Shown here: one piece after another, positions 1-13,400 of the stretch
Layout of the letters: the number at the start of each line of letters is the position of its first letter
Position numbering within the stretch: the stretch's first letter is position 1
Source: Amphiscolops sp. MND2022
Lineage: Eukaryota
Direction of reading: 5' to 3'
DNA: 64,000 nucleotides
Assembly: GCA_964187785.1 (NCBI GenBank)
Contig: OZ076414.1
Span: 30,690,001-30,754,000 of the forward strand
Program-made: the position numbers and the translations under genes
The notes under the pieces: generated by a model
Seen by the model: only the letters and a program-made list of their open reading frames with translations
Told to the model about the DNA's origin: nothing
Databases searched by the model: none

Positions 1-3000
1 TGCATCTGTTACGTGAATTAGTTGTAACTGCTGTCAAAAATTACATTGGAGGGGTAGCGAAATAGACTTCTTGGAATTCATTTCAGTCGCTTGTTCTATT
101 CTTATCGCCTCCGGTCTCACTTGCATTGACATGAAGAAAATGCTGATACGCTCTGGTACTTTTAACATCTGACCGCTTATCATGGCGATGTCAAAATGTC
201 GAGTATTCAGTTGCTTTTCTCATTCACTGTTTTGTCTTCATGATATTTTGCCATTTCATTTTGATGCATTTTTTCACAAAGATGAATATTTGAAACGCGA
301 AAGAATGAATCTTGAATTGCAAAAAGTTAACATAAAAGGTTCCTTAACTTGTATCCATAAATAAAGGTGAAAGTGATTGTTTTTCATTCTGATCGAAATT
401 GTGTTTTTTCCTCCTGATAATGATGCTTGTAACATTTTTAGCTAGCGCTAACCTTTTTTGTTTACGCTTTCACAACGGCCAATAAAAAGGCAATCTTTTC
501 CCCGGTATTATAAACCAATGAAAATTATCCTTTGGGGTTGAATGGCTGAAACCCATTAACTAATTTAAAAATTTATTTGGTCATATTCGTCAAATTTAGT
601 TGGTCATAATATCCGATCAAATAAATAGAAGTCACAGTACCTTGTGAATTCATTCTCGAAGGTTAGATTTTTGAGTTTTGGAAAGAAAGTAAATACTAAA
701 ATTTTTTATTCATTTACAATTATATTAACTTCGAAATTCCCCTAACCATCATTTTTTTACACCATAAGCAGTTTTTCTAAGTCGTTTTCTGAAGGTTTTG
801 TTTCCCGATGAGCTGAATTATCCCTTATAAAGTCTATGTCGGACAAGAGAAATGCATACAAAACAGTAATTGGTTGGGGGTTTTGAATACTAAATAAGTG
901 CGAACTACTAAATGGTAAGTTGGTGATAGCTTGTGGATCGTCATGGAAACAAAATGGAACTATACTGATAACATTTTTTTATTGATTGCGCAATTTTATC
1001 TATTACTAATTGGTCCCTAAAATATCTCGATATTTAGTGATTTTTCTATGCATAAAATGGCAAATGAATGCCTTTTAAAGCAAATAAAGATTGTGAAATA
1101 AATGTCAATATCAACCTATGGCTAGTCTCGGTTGTGATTCTCGGCTAACTTTTCCGAATAAAATCGGGCCGACTTGACAAACTAAGGTGCAAATTTTAGA
1201 TGGTACAAGTTGGTCACCTTTACTTCTATGATTTTTATGTAGGCGTTTGGAGTTGTCTAGTAAACATGGCATTTTCCTACGTAAGAATCACCACGATACT
1301 TAGAACACACGCTCTTTCTTGAACTAAAAACAGTTTATTTTTGAATGTATGTAATCGGAACTTCCTTTATTCCAGTTTTAAAGATAATCGGTCTTAAAGA
1401 TAATTCTCCTTCGTTAATTAAAAAATTTTGTGAGACTTGAAAAGTTCATTGCAAAGCGTCCATTAGTGTGTTTTGCAATCAATTGCATTCGCCCACTTTA
1501 TTCTTTTTATTCTGTCCCGAAATGTTTTCTCAATTTTCATTCGATCAAACTTAGAGCTTTCTAAGAACAAAATCCGGAAAACCTCAGAATTTTTACACAG
1601 AAAGAGCAAAAATTTCCAACATATTAACGCCTGCGAAGACTCAACACAAAAAAGTTGTTCTCGTCCATGTTTTTTAAAATGTTTTATTGAAATTCCAATT
1701 TCCAAGGATATGTTTCGCATACATGTGATGTTTTTAAATGGCATGCATGCGTAGAAGTTCATCTTTCAAGTAGTATATTCCAATTTATTATACTTCAATT
1801 TGGTCAATGAATTATCAATGTTTATGAATGTACATTGATAATGTAGTCTCAGGTCAATGTCAATGAAGAACGATTGGCTTGCACTCTACTCTAAATGGTA
1901 GCGTTGTCTCTTTCCAAGATTGGATATTGTGATGGACAAAAGGCTATCGGTGCAGACTAAGATGTATGTATGCATACATGCATAACATGTATGCAGTCTA
2001 AGTTGAACTTGCCCTGTTATCACGTCATCCTGGAGACATCGGGTGCTTTTAGGGAGAGTTCTGTTACTTGGTGAATAAAGAAAAGGAAAAGCTGGAGATG
2101 TTATAAGAGTTATAACTCTCAAGTTATAACTTATGTGATTGAGCCGTGCTGGGTGAAGGCAGGGAGGGTAGGAAAGAGGGTAATGGGCTTGGGATTGAGG
2201 GACCCATCATTCTGCTGGGGCTGGATTTGTTTTCACGCGGAGGGGCAGGATAAAGACTAGGGGGGGTGGGGGTTGTGTCAAGGAGTAAGATAGGATGGTA
2301 GCATTGATGGCTAACACTAAGACATGATAGTCGTCCGTTCAGTGGCAGGGGTTTGACGTGGGGTTGGGGGGGGGCAATGTTAGGTAAACTGAGAGGTGAA
2401 GATAAGTAGATAGATGGGCAGGATAGGATATGATGACGTATTATGGAAAGCTCCCTTATCGCTTGTAGTCTTAATGACGCCCCCGTTTGATTTATGGAAG
2501 TATTACTATGTTGGCAACTTGAATTTTAAGTGATTAACGACTCATTTTCCCATTCCACTGTCGAATTACAAGACACAGCAAACGCAACAAAAAGCAGAAA
2601 GAGATACATCTGAAAGAAGAGAGAAAGAAATGCGGAACGAAACAAGGAACCTATAGTAGCAGTAGTAGTTGGCCTATAAAAGCGGGTGAAAACAGCAGAC
2701 TTTCAGTAGGCAGGGACAAAGAAAAAAGCAAGATGATAGAGTATCTCCTGTTGAGAAGAAAAAAGTTATGTAACTGTTGTCCAATTTTATGCTATGTAAA
2801 CTCCTGACTGGGAAGTAACAAGTATTCGCGTCATAAACAAGTATAGGATGCGATATTTGTTGGGAGCAATATCAGTTATAACTAAGCATTGGTATTATTA
2901 CTGGTATTTCAAGTACAACTACACTATTATAGCATACTTATATATACTTATTCCCAGTTATGTCTACAGTTATATTTCAGGTACTACTTGTTCATAAACA

Positions 3001-4599
3001 GTTAAGCTAACTCGAACGAACACTAAGAAATACTTGATGCCAGTGGTATCAGTATATGCCACTATAGTGCTGATGAATTACAAGATACTTGGTACTGTTG
3101 CGGCAGTTCTGTCACAAAAATTACACCTTGCTTTTACAGTACTCGGCTATTAATTTTTCTTGTTTTTGTAAAGTATTTTGAGATTGTACTAGAATGTTAG
3201 TGCTTATATTATCACTACACAGAACCGATTCTGTGCTAGCTGAAATGTGAAAGAAAAAACCGTGTTTTAGAAACATTATTTCCCGCAACATTACTAACAA
3301 CGTTATCGTATGTTTGTTTTATTACAAAACATCCACTTCGTTTTCCCAAACAACAGCAATGTTTAGTATGGTGGAGTAATTATGCCATTTTCCTTGTTTT
3401 TCCACTTTCTAACTTAATTATACTTCTCGTTCCATTAAATTGACTTTTCTTTGTTTTCCATTTCTCCATTTCGCGCCATTATTCCACGACTCTTGATTGA
3501 AAGCCTGAATGAATAAAGAGGTTCTTGAGCAAGTCTTGTTGAAACTTATAACTTGCACTATCAATTACTCGCTCCATTCTCAATTTAGTCTCCGAGTCTC
3601 CAACTCAGCTGTCCCCCCGCCGCTCTTGTACGGTTCCTACCCCCTCTAGAAACCCGCTAGCCTGCCTGTTCCATCATCTATTGGTGCTCAGTCCGCTTTG
3701 CTTGTACCTCCGCGATTCCCGCCATTTGAGTCGTTGTTCAATCTTTTTGTTCAAGCTTTTCAATTATTTGTTCATCCATCCCGAACGTCATAGCTACCAC
3801 TGTTTCGAAAGCGAACAGCATTCTTTGCTTCTGAAACTATTAGAATTATCTCTAAAAGGTAAGTTTTTTGCCTATCTGTTTAGAAATACAGATTTTTGAT
3901 GAATTTCTGAAACTATCTCCGTGCCCTAATTAAAGTTTGCTCTTACAGTGAGTGTTTTCGAGTTCTGATTATTTGCTAAGTTGCGTTTTTATCAGCAGGA
4001 AAATTTACTTTGGAGATCTTAAGAATCATTGACTATGAGTCATAGTTTTCCGCGATCTCCCTCAAATTAGAAAATTTTTTCTATTGAAACCCAATATTCA
4101 AAACAGAATTTATCCATAAAATAGTTGTCTGAAATTCTAATCAACGTGGAAAGCCTGGAAGCTTTGATGATATCATTTTGTGTGAGCTTTGTTAATGTGT
4201 TTTTTGCATGTAGTCGGTCATACAAGCAAATTGTCTGGAAGCCAGAGACTTGAATAATTAAATTCTGATTACGTGACACGCTTATGATAATTTTTGTATC
4301 AAAATGTACCATTTGCATACGCGTAGACAGGAAAATAAATAAGACGTGGCCCTTTTTGCAAATTAGCTGGGTTTTTTGGAATACCTCAACTGTGTTTCAT
4401 TTCATTAACAAAAATTGGTTCGAAAGATAAAAATTTTTGTCGTGGTTACTTTGTGTAAATTACTCAATTTTTTGGCATATGTGTATATTTACCGGGTTGT
4501 TATGCTCTGAATGATTATATAAACCGGTCTTATGTATAACAGATACTCGAATTTACCAGAGCAAGTTAGTTTTTTTATATAGAATGGTTATAATTTGCG

Positions 4600-4955
4600 A
4601 AAACTATTAAAAAACGTCCCCGGGTACACTTTTGTGCCTTGTTTAGGCTTTGTGAGACTTTTTTTCGCAAATTTTTTAAATGTCTTCATAGGGTCCCCAC
4701 TTAAATTTTTCTATTTTGCAAACGAATGGATGTTCAAAAACTCACCAAGGGCCCCCTTTTGCATTTTTCGGCACTATGCGACTTACCGGAGACCAAAAAA
4801 AATTCGAAAAAATATTTCGAAAAAAAATTTCGGGAATTTTTTTTCAAATTTTTCCTCATGCGGGTACTGTAGAAGAGAATACTTGAAACTTTGAAGTCCT
4901 TTTGCTATTTTTGAGTCTTAGATATGGCGCCGACTTGGGCCGTTCCCGGCTTGTT
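4600..4955. repeat. Dispersed non-coding repeat with GC-rich terminus ...GGCGCCGACTTGGGCCGTTCCCGGCTTGTT
   Basis: Terminus repeated in degenerate form at 5341-5370 and, reverse-complemented, at 23636-23695; left boundary approximate. Confidence 0.6.
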
Positions 4956-7329
4956 TCAAATTGTATTGCGCAATTGTTTGGCGCCATCAAAGTTGAGAAA
5001 CGGATTTTTTCAAAGGTTTTGAAAATCCTAATTTTACTTTGACCTTGAGGGCCTGTTGCTTCCATGGTCCTGTCTTTTCAATTCATACGGCTTTTCGGCA
5101 CTGTGACTTTTTTCGAAAAATTCATTTGGCCAAAGGGAACCTCCTTCAGAGCCAAAAGAGTTTTCAGAGCCAAAAGAGGAAAAAGCGTTTTGTGAACGTA
5201 GAGGCTCTGCCTCTGGGTTTTTTGACCATATGAGACTTTTTTCGAAAAAAGAATTTCGACATCTATTTTTTTCAAATATTGATTTTTTGGTACTTCGAGT
5301 ATTTTTGGCGCTGTCCCCCGCATGTTTGAACCTTGAGTGGGGCACCGACTTGGGCCATTCCCGGCTTTTTGAAGTTTTCTTGAAATTTTCCGGAAAAAAA
5401 TTATTGTTAGATTGTATTATATTTCAACGTTTGAAAGCAAAATTTGCAAAGGTTCCTGTTTGCAAATACTTTTCAAATCTTTAGTTTTCAATCAAAGCAA
5501 AGATTGTCTATGCTCACCCTTTCTTTCAGATCGTCAAAGTTTTAAAATGAAATATCGATGGGGAAATTGGAAGGATAGCTAAATGATTCGCATAGTTTTA
5601 TGTGTGAACTTAACTTTCTTTTCAAAAATTGAGGTTTCACAATTTGATTCCCAAATTTGACTTTTTGAAAGCACACTTTGACAATTTCAATTTGAGCTGG
5701 TCTCATTTGAGAGGAATTCCGTTTTTTGTAACCTCTAATTTGTAAATTGTCTGTTAGTTGAATGCAAGTTTTTCTTGGCTAAATTCAAATTAGAGGGAAG
5801 TTTCGTTGGTAATTGGGTTGAAAATGGAGGCCATATACGGCATTAGAAAATGTTTCAACTATTATCTACATCAATGCTAAATCTATGTGCTGAATCAATG
5901 CACAAGTTTAAAGGTTGTAGCTCCAGTTTTGACTGCTAATTCGTGCTTATTAAATAAAAAGATGCATTTAACACAGTAGTCCTTTACAAGTAAACATATA
6001 AGTAGTGTAGCTCCTCCGAAAAAGTCTGCAGTTAAGTGGTAGTTAGAGATAGAGGGAAATGGAAAATAATGCACTCAAACACTTTTTCGGGTTTCCCTAC
6101 TTGTGATAGCAATTAACTTTGCAATTAAGGAAAAGTTAACTTCTTCCTGTTGAAATAATGAAGTCATGTATACCCCCAACAACCAATCGTGTACCATAGA
6201 ACTATTCTCGTATACATTTGGTATTGTATATTATACAAATATATACACGAGTGTATACCACATATACCTACAACTGTGGCCCGATTCTACCGTGGGGTGG
6301 TTATTGGTACCCGTAGTTGAGTTGTTGTTGTTATACTTTTTTAACTTATCTTTCCTGATGGCTGCTCATCACAAATGAACCACGGAGAAAATTGGGGAAA
6401 AGTAAAGAAAAACGCCAACAAGCTTATAATGTAGTGCGCAAGAGAAGCCCCTTTTTGCTCCGGTGCGTAATAGGAAAATGCGGTAGGCGAGTACACGGCT
6501 TTTGTATTGCTTAGCGCTTTGTTAAAATACTTTTGCAATGGTAGCAATTTTTGTCATTTAATAATCATTTCCAATCCGACCAAGCTAGCCTTTATCGCAT
6601 TTCGCATATTGCTCCTGCTTCCTTATCAATGAAAAAATCAAGTCTTGTATCTCTACGCAGTATAAGTACCGTGCTAGATGCTACGGGTACCTATATTCAT
6701 TTTTATTATTTATTTTCTTGCCTATTAACTCTTTCAGAAGCGCTAATGCATCGCTATCAAGTTAAACGGGAAGTTTATGACTGAAGCCGAACCGCAACCT
6801 CCGTAGCCAACACGGTCTCTAAATTATGGAATAATCGCAATCAATTTGAACACATTCTGAACGTATGAAGCAATAGCACCTTTAAAATTTCTTCCCACTC
6901 TAATATGTGCTTTTAATGCTGGTACTGCTACTGTTGTACTAACTAAAAAACCACTAGTTACTACTAGGCTGTAATAATTTTTCGATTTTCACGTGGTACC
7001 ATCCTCGGAAAGCGTCACTACTCGGGTCTCGTTCAAGTCATGACGAAATTTATTTTGCTCAATTTTATTTTTCCAAACTAGTTTTTATTATCGACGTTTC
7101 CCCTTTAAATCAGCAATCAACACCATATTACTTCTAACCAACATTACTAACTAACCAACCAACGGCAAAGCTTCATTGTTTTCCATCTTATTATGTAACA
7201 ACACTAACAATTGATACTCGAATTTCTACCTTTTTATACGCTTTATTGCCTCTGACCCAAGTTTTGGAAGTGGTTATAATAACCCCAAGTTATTAATTGA
7301 TTGGTTAATTTTGAACTTTGAACTTGCAG

Positions 7330-7491
7330 GGCGCATCTTCGAGCATTGTGGTCAAATTCGCAGACACAGAACGTGAACGAGCCATCCGTAAAATGCAACA
7401 ACACTTCAACGCCCAGATGACTGGAATGGCCAACGCCGGAGCAACCAGCAACCCCCTTTTGGCTGCCCAATACGCAACTGCCTACACACAG
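7330..7491 (+). CDS. CELF: CELF exon: end of RRM2 and start of linker (phase 0-0, 162 nt)
   Basis: ttgcag|GGCGCA...ACACAG|gtgaga; encodes [24 protein letters not shown]...AYTQ. Confidence 0.95.
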
Positions 7492-10400
7492 GTGAGAACC
7501 TAATTATAACTCGTACAATATTATAATCTAATATTTAATAATAAAGTACAACAAACCCCCCAAGACACTACTATCTTCGAAACATTCCCTCCTGTAGTAA
7601 TATACTTTGAGGTGTAATCACCCGAACCTTTTTTCACCCACTTGGGCAACTGAAGTTTGTCCGTATAGTAAGACCTTCACCCCCAGTCTGGTTAAAACTC
7701 AGTTTTAGGTTTTTTTGCTGTAACCCTTAATTCCGACAATCTTTTTCGGTGCTGTTCTTGGATCAGTAGCTCGAATAGAGCAAAAAGACTTAATAAACTT
7801 TACCTGAATTTCGCAAATAAAAGCGAAATGATGACTGTTGTTTTTGCAAGACTCGCTTCTTCGAGATCTGGGGAGAAGGAACTTTCTCACAGTCGGTGCC
7901 AAGGTAAATTGGATGTCGGTGCTCAAAGATCAGAAGGTCACAAGGTCAAATGAAGGCTATTTGATGACCTATACGCTGCCGACCTGCCGTTGGGCGCTTG
8001 TATGTGTTGTTAATATATGGGCTACTTAACTGTTGTTCAGTTATCGTACTGTACTACTCGCCTTTGTCGTATACTTTATCGTGTTTCGTTTCGCTCATTC
8101 GTTTCCTTTCGTTTCAAGTTATTTCTCTTCAAAAATGCCCTTCTAATTCTTATTCACCAATTTTTGAAAATTTCAAAACTCATTGAATATGTAAGAATCA
8201 TATATTTTTTCAAAAGGGCATCGATGTAGCAGGGACATTTTACAAGATGTTTAGACTTGGCGTTTAACGTGCCAATATAATCTTGAAGCCAATCCATTCA
8301 CACCAAACACCCAATATATTTTCATGTGTCATTGTTTTTCAGTTTGCCAATCACAGACTGAATTTATTTGTGATCGCTTCTCTCCTGTTACCAAACTTTT
8401 TGTGGCCGCTTCGTCATTCTCTATTCTACATGTTTATGTAATTTTACTGTGTATTTATGCAAAGTTACGTAGCCTTCGCATACTTTGTATGGCGACTTTG
8501 CTAATAATAAATGAAAATGACTTTTTTTTGCAATTTGAAGCATTCTATTCAAGTCCTACATAAACTCAGGTTCTATGTAGTCTAACTTTATTCTGATAAA
8601 GTTGATGATGCATTAAGATGAATTGGTGTTATTTTTATTCGCGTCAAAAAATTATACCGACCACTGAAAGTAACGGGTTAGCAGGTGAAAATGACTTTTT
8701 TTTGCAATTTGAAGCATTCTATTCAAGTCCTACATAAACTCAGGTTCTATGTAGTCTAACTTTATTCTGATAAAGTTGATGATGCATTAAGATGAATTGG
8801 TGTTATTTTTATTCGCGTCAAAAAATTATACCGACCACTGAAAGTAACGGGTTAGCAGGGTTTTACTGTTACGGCTATAAAGGCGGAGTTATGAGAAGTT
8901 ATAAATTAATAATGTCACCAATAATCTGAAAACCTCCTTCGGTTGACAAGGGGTTACGTAGAACCCCAATTTATTCTAGTTAAAATGTCTTAAGTACAAA
9001 CTAAGTGGCGCTGCTTCAAAATTCGTGAATGTTCCATAATAGAAAACTTTTAGTACTCTTACTCAAAAAACCACTGATCAAAATTCAAAAGCGTTTCAGG
9101 GGATTTTGATGTGCAATATTATAGGAAAATGAAAGTTAAAAATTTTAAAAGCTTGTTGCAGTGTAGTAATAATTGCAGCATATGTTGTTTAGGTAGAGCA
9201 GTTTCGATATATCACACTGTTGTGTTCTATAGTCATCATCAGGGCACGTCTCTGAGAAATTATTTTGTGCGTCTTTTGTATACAGTTTACACTTAGTCAC
9301 TGAATGTTATGTTACAGCCAACTCAAGTTCAAAATTGTAGTCGCTCATAGCAACGTCGCTCATCTTTTCAGTCAATCAATCTGTCACCGTTTGTACAATT
9401 TATCGTTTCTTGGCATAGAAGCCGAATGTAGATAAAACTATTTCTTGTATAGTTGTTTAAACAACGGGGCTGAAAGGTTAAAACCGAAGAAGCCTGATAA
9501 AACCGCTTGAAATTTTAAATCAGATCTTGACCTGCGGCTTCTATTTGGAAAAAAGTGTGAAATGACTTCGTGATAGTTGCGAAATAGACATGTTCACAAA
9601 TTTTGTTCACCTCTTCGAATGAGAAGTATCAAATGTTCTAGTTTTGTTGATCTTCAAATGATGAAAGTTTCAAGTTCAACTTCCTCTGTCTTTTCAACAG
9701 GAAGCAACTTCCGGTGTTTGTCATCCAATTTCACCCTCTGAGCTTTTCTGTTCACCCACTCCAAAATTAGTTCAGACCTTATTCACACCCAACAACACTA
9801 TCGAACAAATGCTATAATATTTGAAATAGAAAAAACAGATGAATAGCGTATGCATAGTGGGGTACTTAAAAGTTTAGTTTTTAGCTTTCGATCTCAAATT
9901 TTTGTCCCATTTTGGAATTTTCCCAGATCTGGTTTTGTTAACCATGCGTTTCGCAATCCGTGGTTTCAGTAGTGTTCATTGAACGAAATTTTTGCAGCGT
10001 TGCCCTGACTCATTTTCATTAGTGCATCATTTTTATCTACTATTAGTGGAGCAACAACACTATTATGTCCATATTGGGTTTTCGACAATATCTCACCCCT
10101 CCAGATAAACAAATTTTCCAAATTAATTTTTATTAAATGGAGTAAAAACTGCTATCTTGTTTCAAAATTTCAATCGATAATGACAGCAAAATAATCCGAC
10201 TTAGATGGCATTTGAATGATCGATTCTCACTTTTTCATAAGTGAAACGATTGCACGCAAACAATTTATTACCTTCTAACCTCTACTTTGAAAAAGTATTT
10301 TTTGGGAAAATTTGAAATGTGACACCACAAACTAAATCTTGAAATTACATGAATTTGTTTTGAGTGTTCTGTTGTAATTTCTCCCATCGAATTGTTAATT

Positions 10401-13400
10401 TTGTAAAAAAAAAGTGGTGTTGAAATTTTGACGCATCATTTCGAAGCTTAAAGTGATGTGGTGACTAATATTTTGGCCTTTGTGCACAACTGTCAAAACG
10501 GAAGTTGGGTATTGTGGGTCGTGGTCAATTAAGAACCAAGTACATTGCTGCATTAAGTTTTTGTTGGACGGTTGTTAAACCGTGCTCCTCTATGTACCCT
10601 CGTCTTTTTCTGTTTCCTTGTTTCAACTGTAAATGTACTACGTAAATGTGTATTCAGCTCATGATCTATTCTATTCCCCAAGTGGCGTGCGTAAACTTTG
10701 CTAGACTTTTTAAATATTTCTACAGAAAAAACGTACAAAATTCTTCTTGGATGAAATCTCTTTATTTCTGTATGCGAATGGAAAGAAACCATATTTTCAA
10801 ACTTATTTTTTGAGATCTTGGATGTCATCCTTGCGCGATGCGTTTTGAAATTGCGTCCATTATTTGATTTTATGTTTTCAAAATGAAATCTCTATTTTGC
10901 GTACTGGATTTTTCACTAGATCGAGGATCTTGCTTTTTAAGGCAAAAAAGCAATATCTTCGGCGTCTAATGCAAGAAACCTAGCTCCCAGCTTTATCCAC
11001 ATCGTTGGTTTCTACATGTATGATTCTTACATCCAGAAGTGTGATTCATGCATTGACATGTATGATTCATGCATTGACATGTATGTCGTTCTTTTCAGTT
11101 GGCACAACAACAGCAGCAGCAGTTGCTGGCCGCGACCCAGGGAGCCTACTACTCACCCTCTGGGTCCTGTGCTCCCCCTTCGGCAGCCACCCCCACGGGC
11201 AGTGTGAACGGGGCAGGAGGCACCTCTCCCGCCGTTTCCATGACACCCAATGGTAAGCCCCATGACACCCCTGCGTTCACACCACACACCATTCTGAGTC
11301 ACTCGAACTTCAAACTAAAAGCAAATGTAGTTGTATTCAAATCTATTTTTCTCAATGTTTGACAATGTGGCATTTTGTACCTGTTTGTTTGAATACCCAT
11401 CAATGTTGTCAATGAATTGTCAAGATTGTGATTTAGCTTTTCAAAAGGTTAGCTGGACGGTGTTCGTTAGGTGTAAGTAATGGAACACGTTAGGCTCCGA
11501 ATGTATATCTTAATCCTTGGATCTAAAGCTCTTACGGAACTTCTCGCGCAAAGATTTTTCCCGACCAATGAGCATTTAGTTTGGTTGTTTAGGACTTCTA
11601 GGACCACATCAACTTGCTAACTCGGCCATGTCTCTGCGTGGACTGGGCAACCAAACTCTAGGCAGTCCCATTACGTCATCAAACACCAACTCCCCCTCCG
11701 AGAAAAACTCCAACTGCGGCTCAGCCACTGGGGGTACGTTCAGCTAACATCTCTTGTTTTCGAATTCGCACTCAGTACTTTTTATGGCTAAAACTTATTC
11801 CTTCCTCGATGATTTCCTCTAAACTATCAATAGTGAAGAAATCGATATGCTACTTCCTATTACTTTGACAGATATACCTGCTCTCGATAATGTTGCACGG
11901 CAAAGATGAAGATAAAACTTAGTGATAAGTCAATTTAGCGTTTCATAATTGGATTTTTGGTCACTTAATCTTCCGCCATTATCATATTGTAGCCAAAATG
12001 ATAATCATGTTTCAATTAAAAGTTTCCCTTTTTAAAAATCTTTATATGTTGAATTTAGTGCAATTTTTGAGCAACCAAATCGGATTCAACCTGTTGTTGA
12101 CATTCTCATAAGCATTGTCGTTAAACTATATTATATTAATTTATGGGAAATGTTTGTTGCAGAGGACAACAACAACAATGGGGTGCTGATGGGGGGCAAC
12201 TCGTCCTTGGGGACAGCTAATGGGGGACAGCAGTCTAACGGGAGTACCCCAGGAGCCACCGCAGTCTCGGCCGGAAACCACCCCCTTCTCTATCACCCAT
12301 CCCAACTCGCAGCTTCTGCCACTTTACCCGAAATTGGTGAGCTTTCTTCTTACATGTATTTCCACATTGATGTTTCTGTTGAACATTTTTACCTGTACCC
12401 TGTTTCTCCTAATATGATTCATACGTGCGAAAATACAATCCTTGGGGAGGGTCGAGGATCCTACATACCGCAAAAGATGAAATTTACTCGAAAAAGTTTG
12501 ATTTTGGACTGATAATTTGAAGATTCTTTTCGAATATTATTGGACGTCTATTCTAAAAAACAGTTTATATACCAAAAGAAAAATGTAGAAACATAATCGT
12601 TCTTTAAAACAATATGCCGTGTTCTTGGTGTTGAAAAAACATTGCGCCTAATATTTGGGGGTACTTTCATTGGAGCATGCTTTGTAATAAAGAAACAAGC
12701 CGATAAAGGCCCCAATTGGCGCCCCGCTTCAAGTTCAAAGAGCGCAGTCTTTTAAATATGCTCAAGAGCTGCTTTTGAAAAAATTTTGAAGAATTTGGCA
12801 GTGCCAAAAAACAAAGGAGACCCTTAGGTCTAGTAAAAGTATGTGATAAACAACAAATCCGCGACGACAAGAAAGCACTAACAAAATGAACTAAGTGAGA
12901 CGAGGGAAAAATCCTCTCTGTAACAGTCTGTTTTTTTTTCTTCAAAAATTGCCTACTGAAACATGGTACTTTCACTTGTAATGTTGGTGATTCATCGGTG
13001 AAATGTAACCAAAGGAATTGTGAACTTGGTGACTCATATAAAACAATGTCATCAAGTGTACAAAAACTGGAACAACTTTCACTATAGGATAAGAGACGAA
13101 TACCTCTGCCCCAGTGCCCGAAGTGTTGAATGTTTTCTTCGTTCTGTTTTCCATGTTGCATATCTCCGTGAATAAGGCTCTGGAATTACTGTACTTGTAC
13201 TGTGGGTCGATTGTGGTAAATGATGGGTGTATGTTTGGTGTTTTAGTTGCCGCATCTCAAGGTGTTTCGTTAGCAGAGTTACAACAGGCTGCCATCTTGC
13301 AGCAAGCTGCTCTTACTGGCATGCCCCTTGGTAAGCACTTGATGTAAATATATGGTTTTGAAAAATTGGTATCGTAATTACGTCATATTACTACGTCACC

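Noticed and set aside
2150-2400. G-rich tract (and C-rich tracts at 17066-17087 and 20885-20965) as G-quadruplex elements
   Set aside because: Composition only; no conservation or functional evidence available from the sequence.
1-7329. Search for CELF RRM1/RRM2 exons; short ORFs in this region
   Set aside because: No RNP1/RNP2-like peptides found; the ORFs are low-complexity AT-rich noise. The donor-like ATG|GTAAGT at 914/915 has no supportable exon.
12667-13161. 164-aa minus-strand ORF in a CELF intron
   Set aside because: No recognisable domain; composition typical of random intronic sequence.
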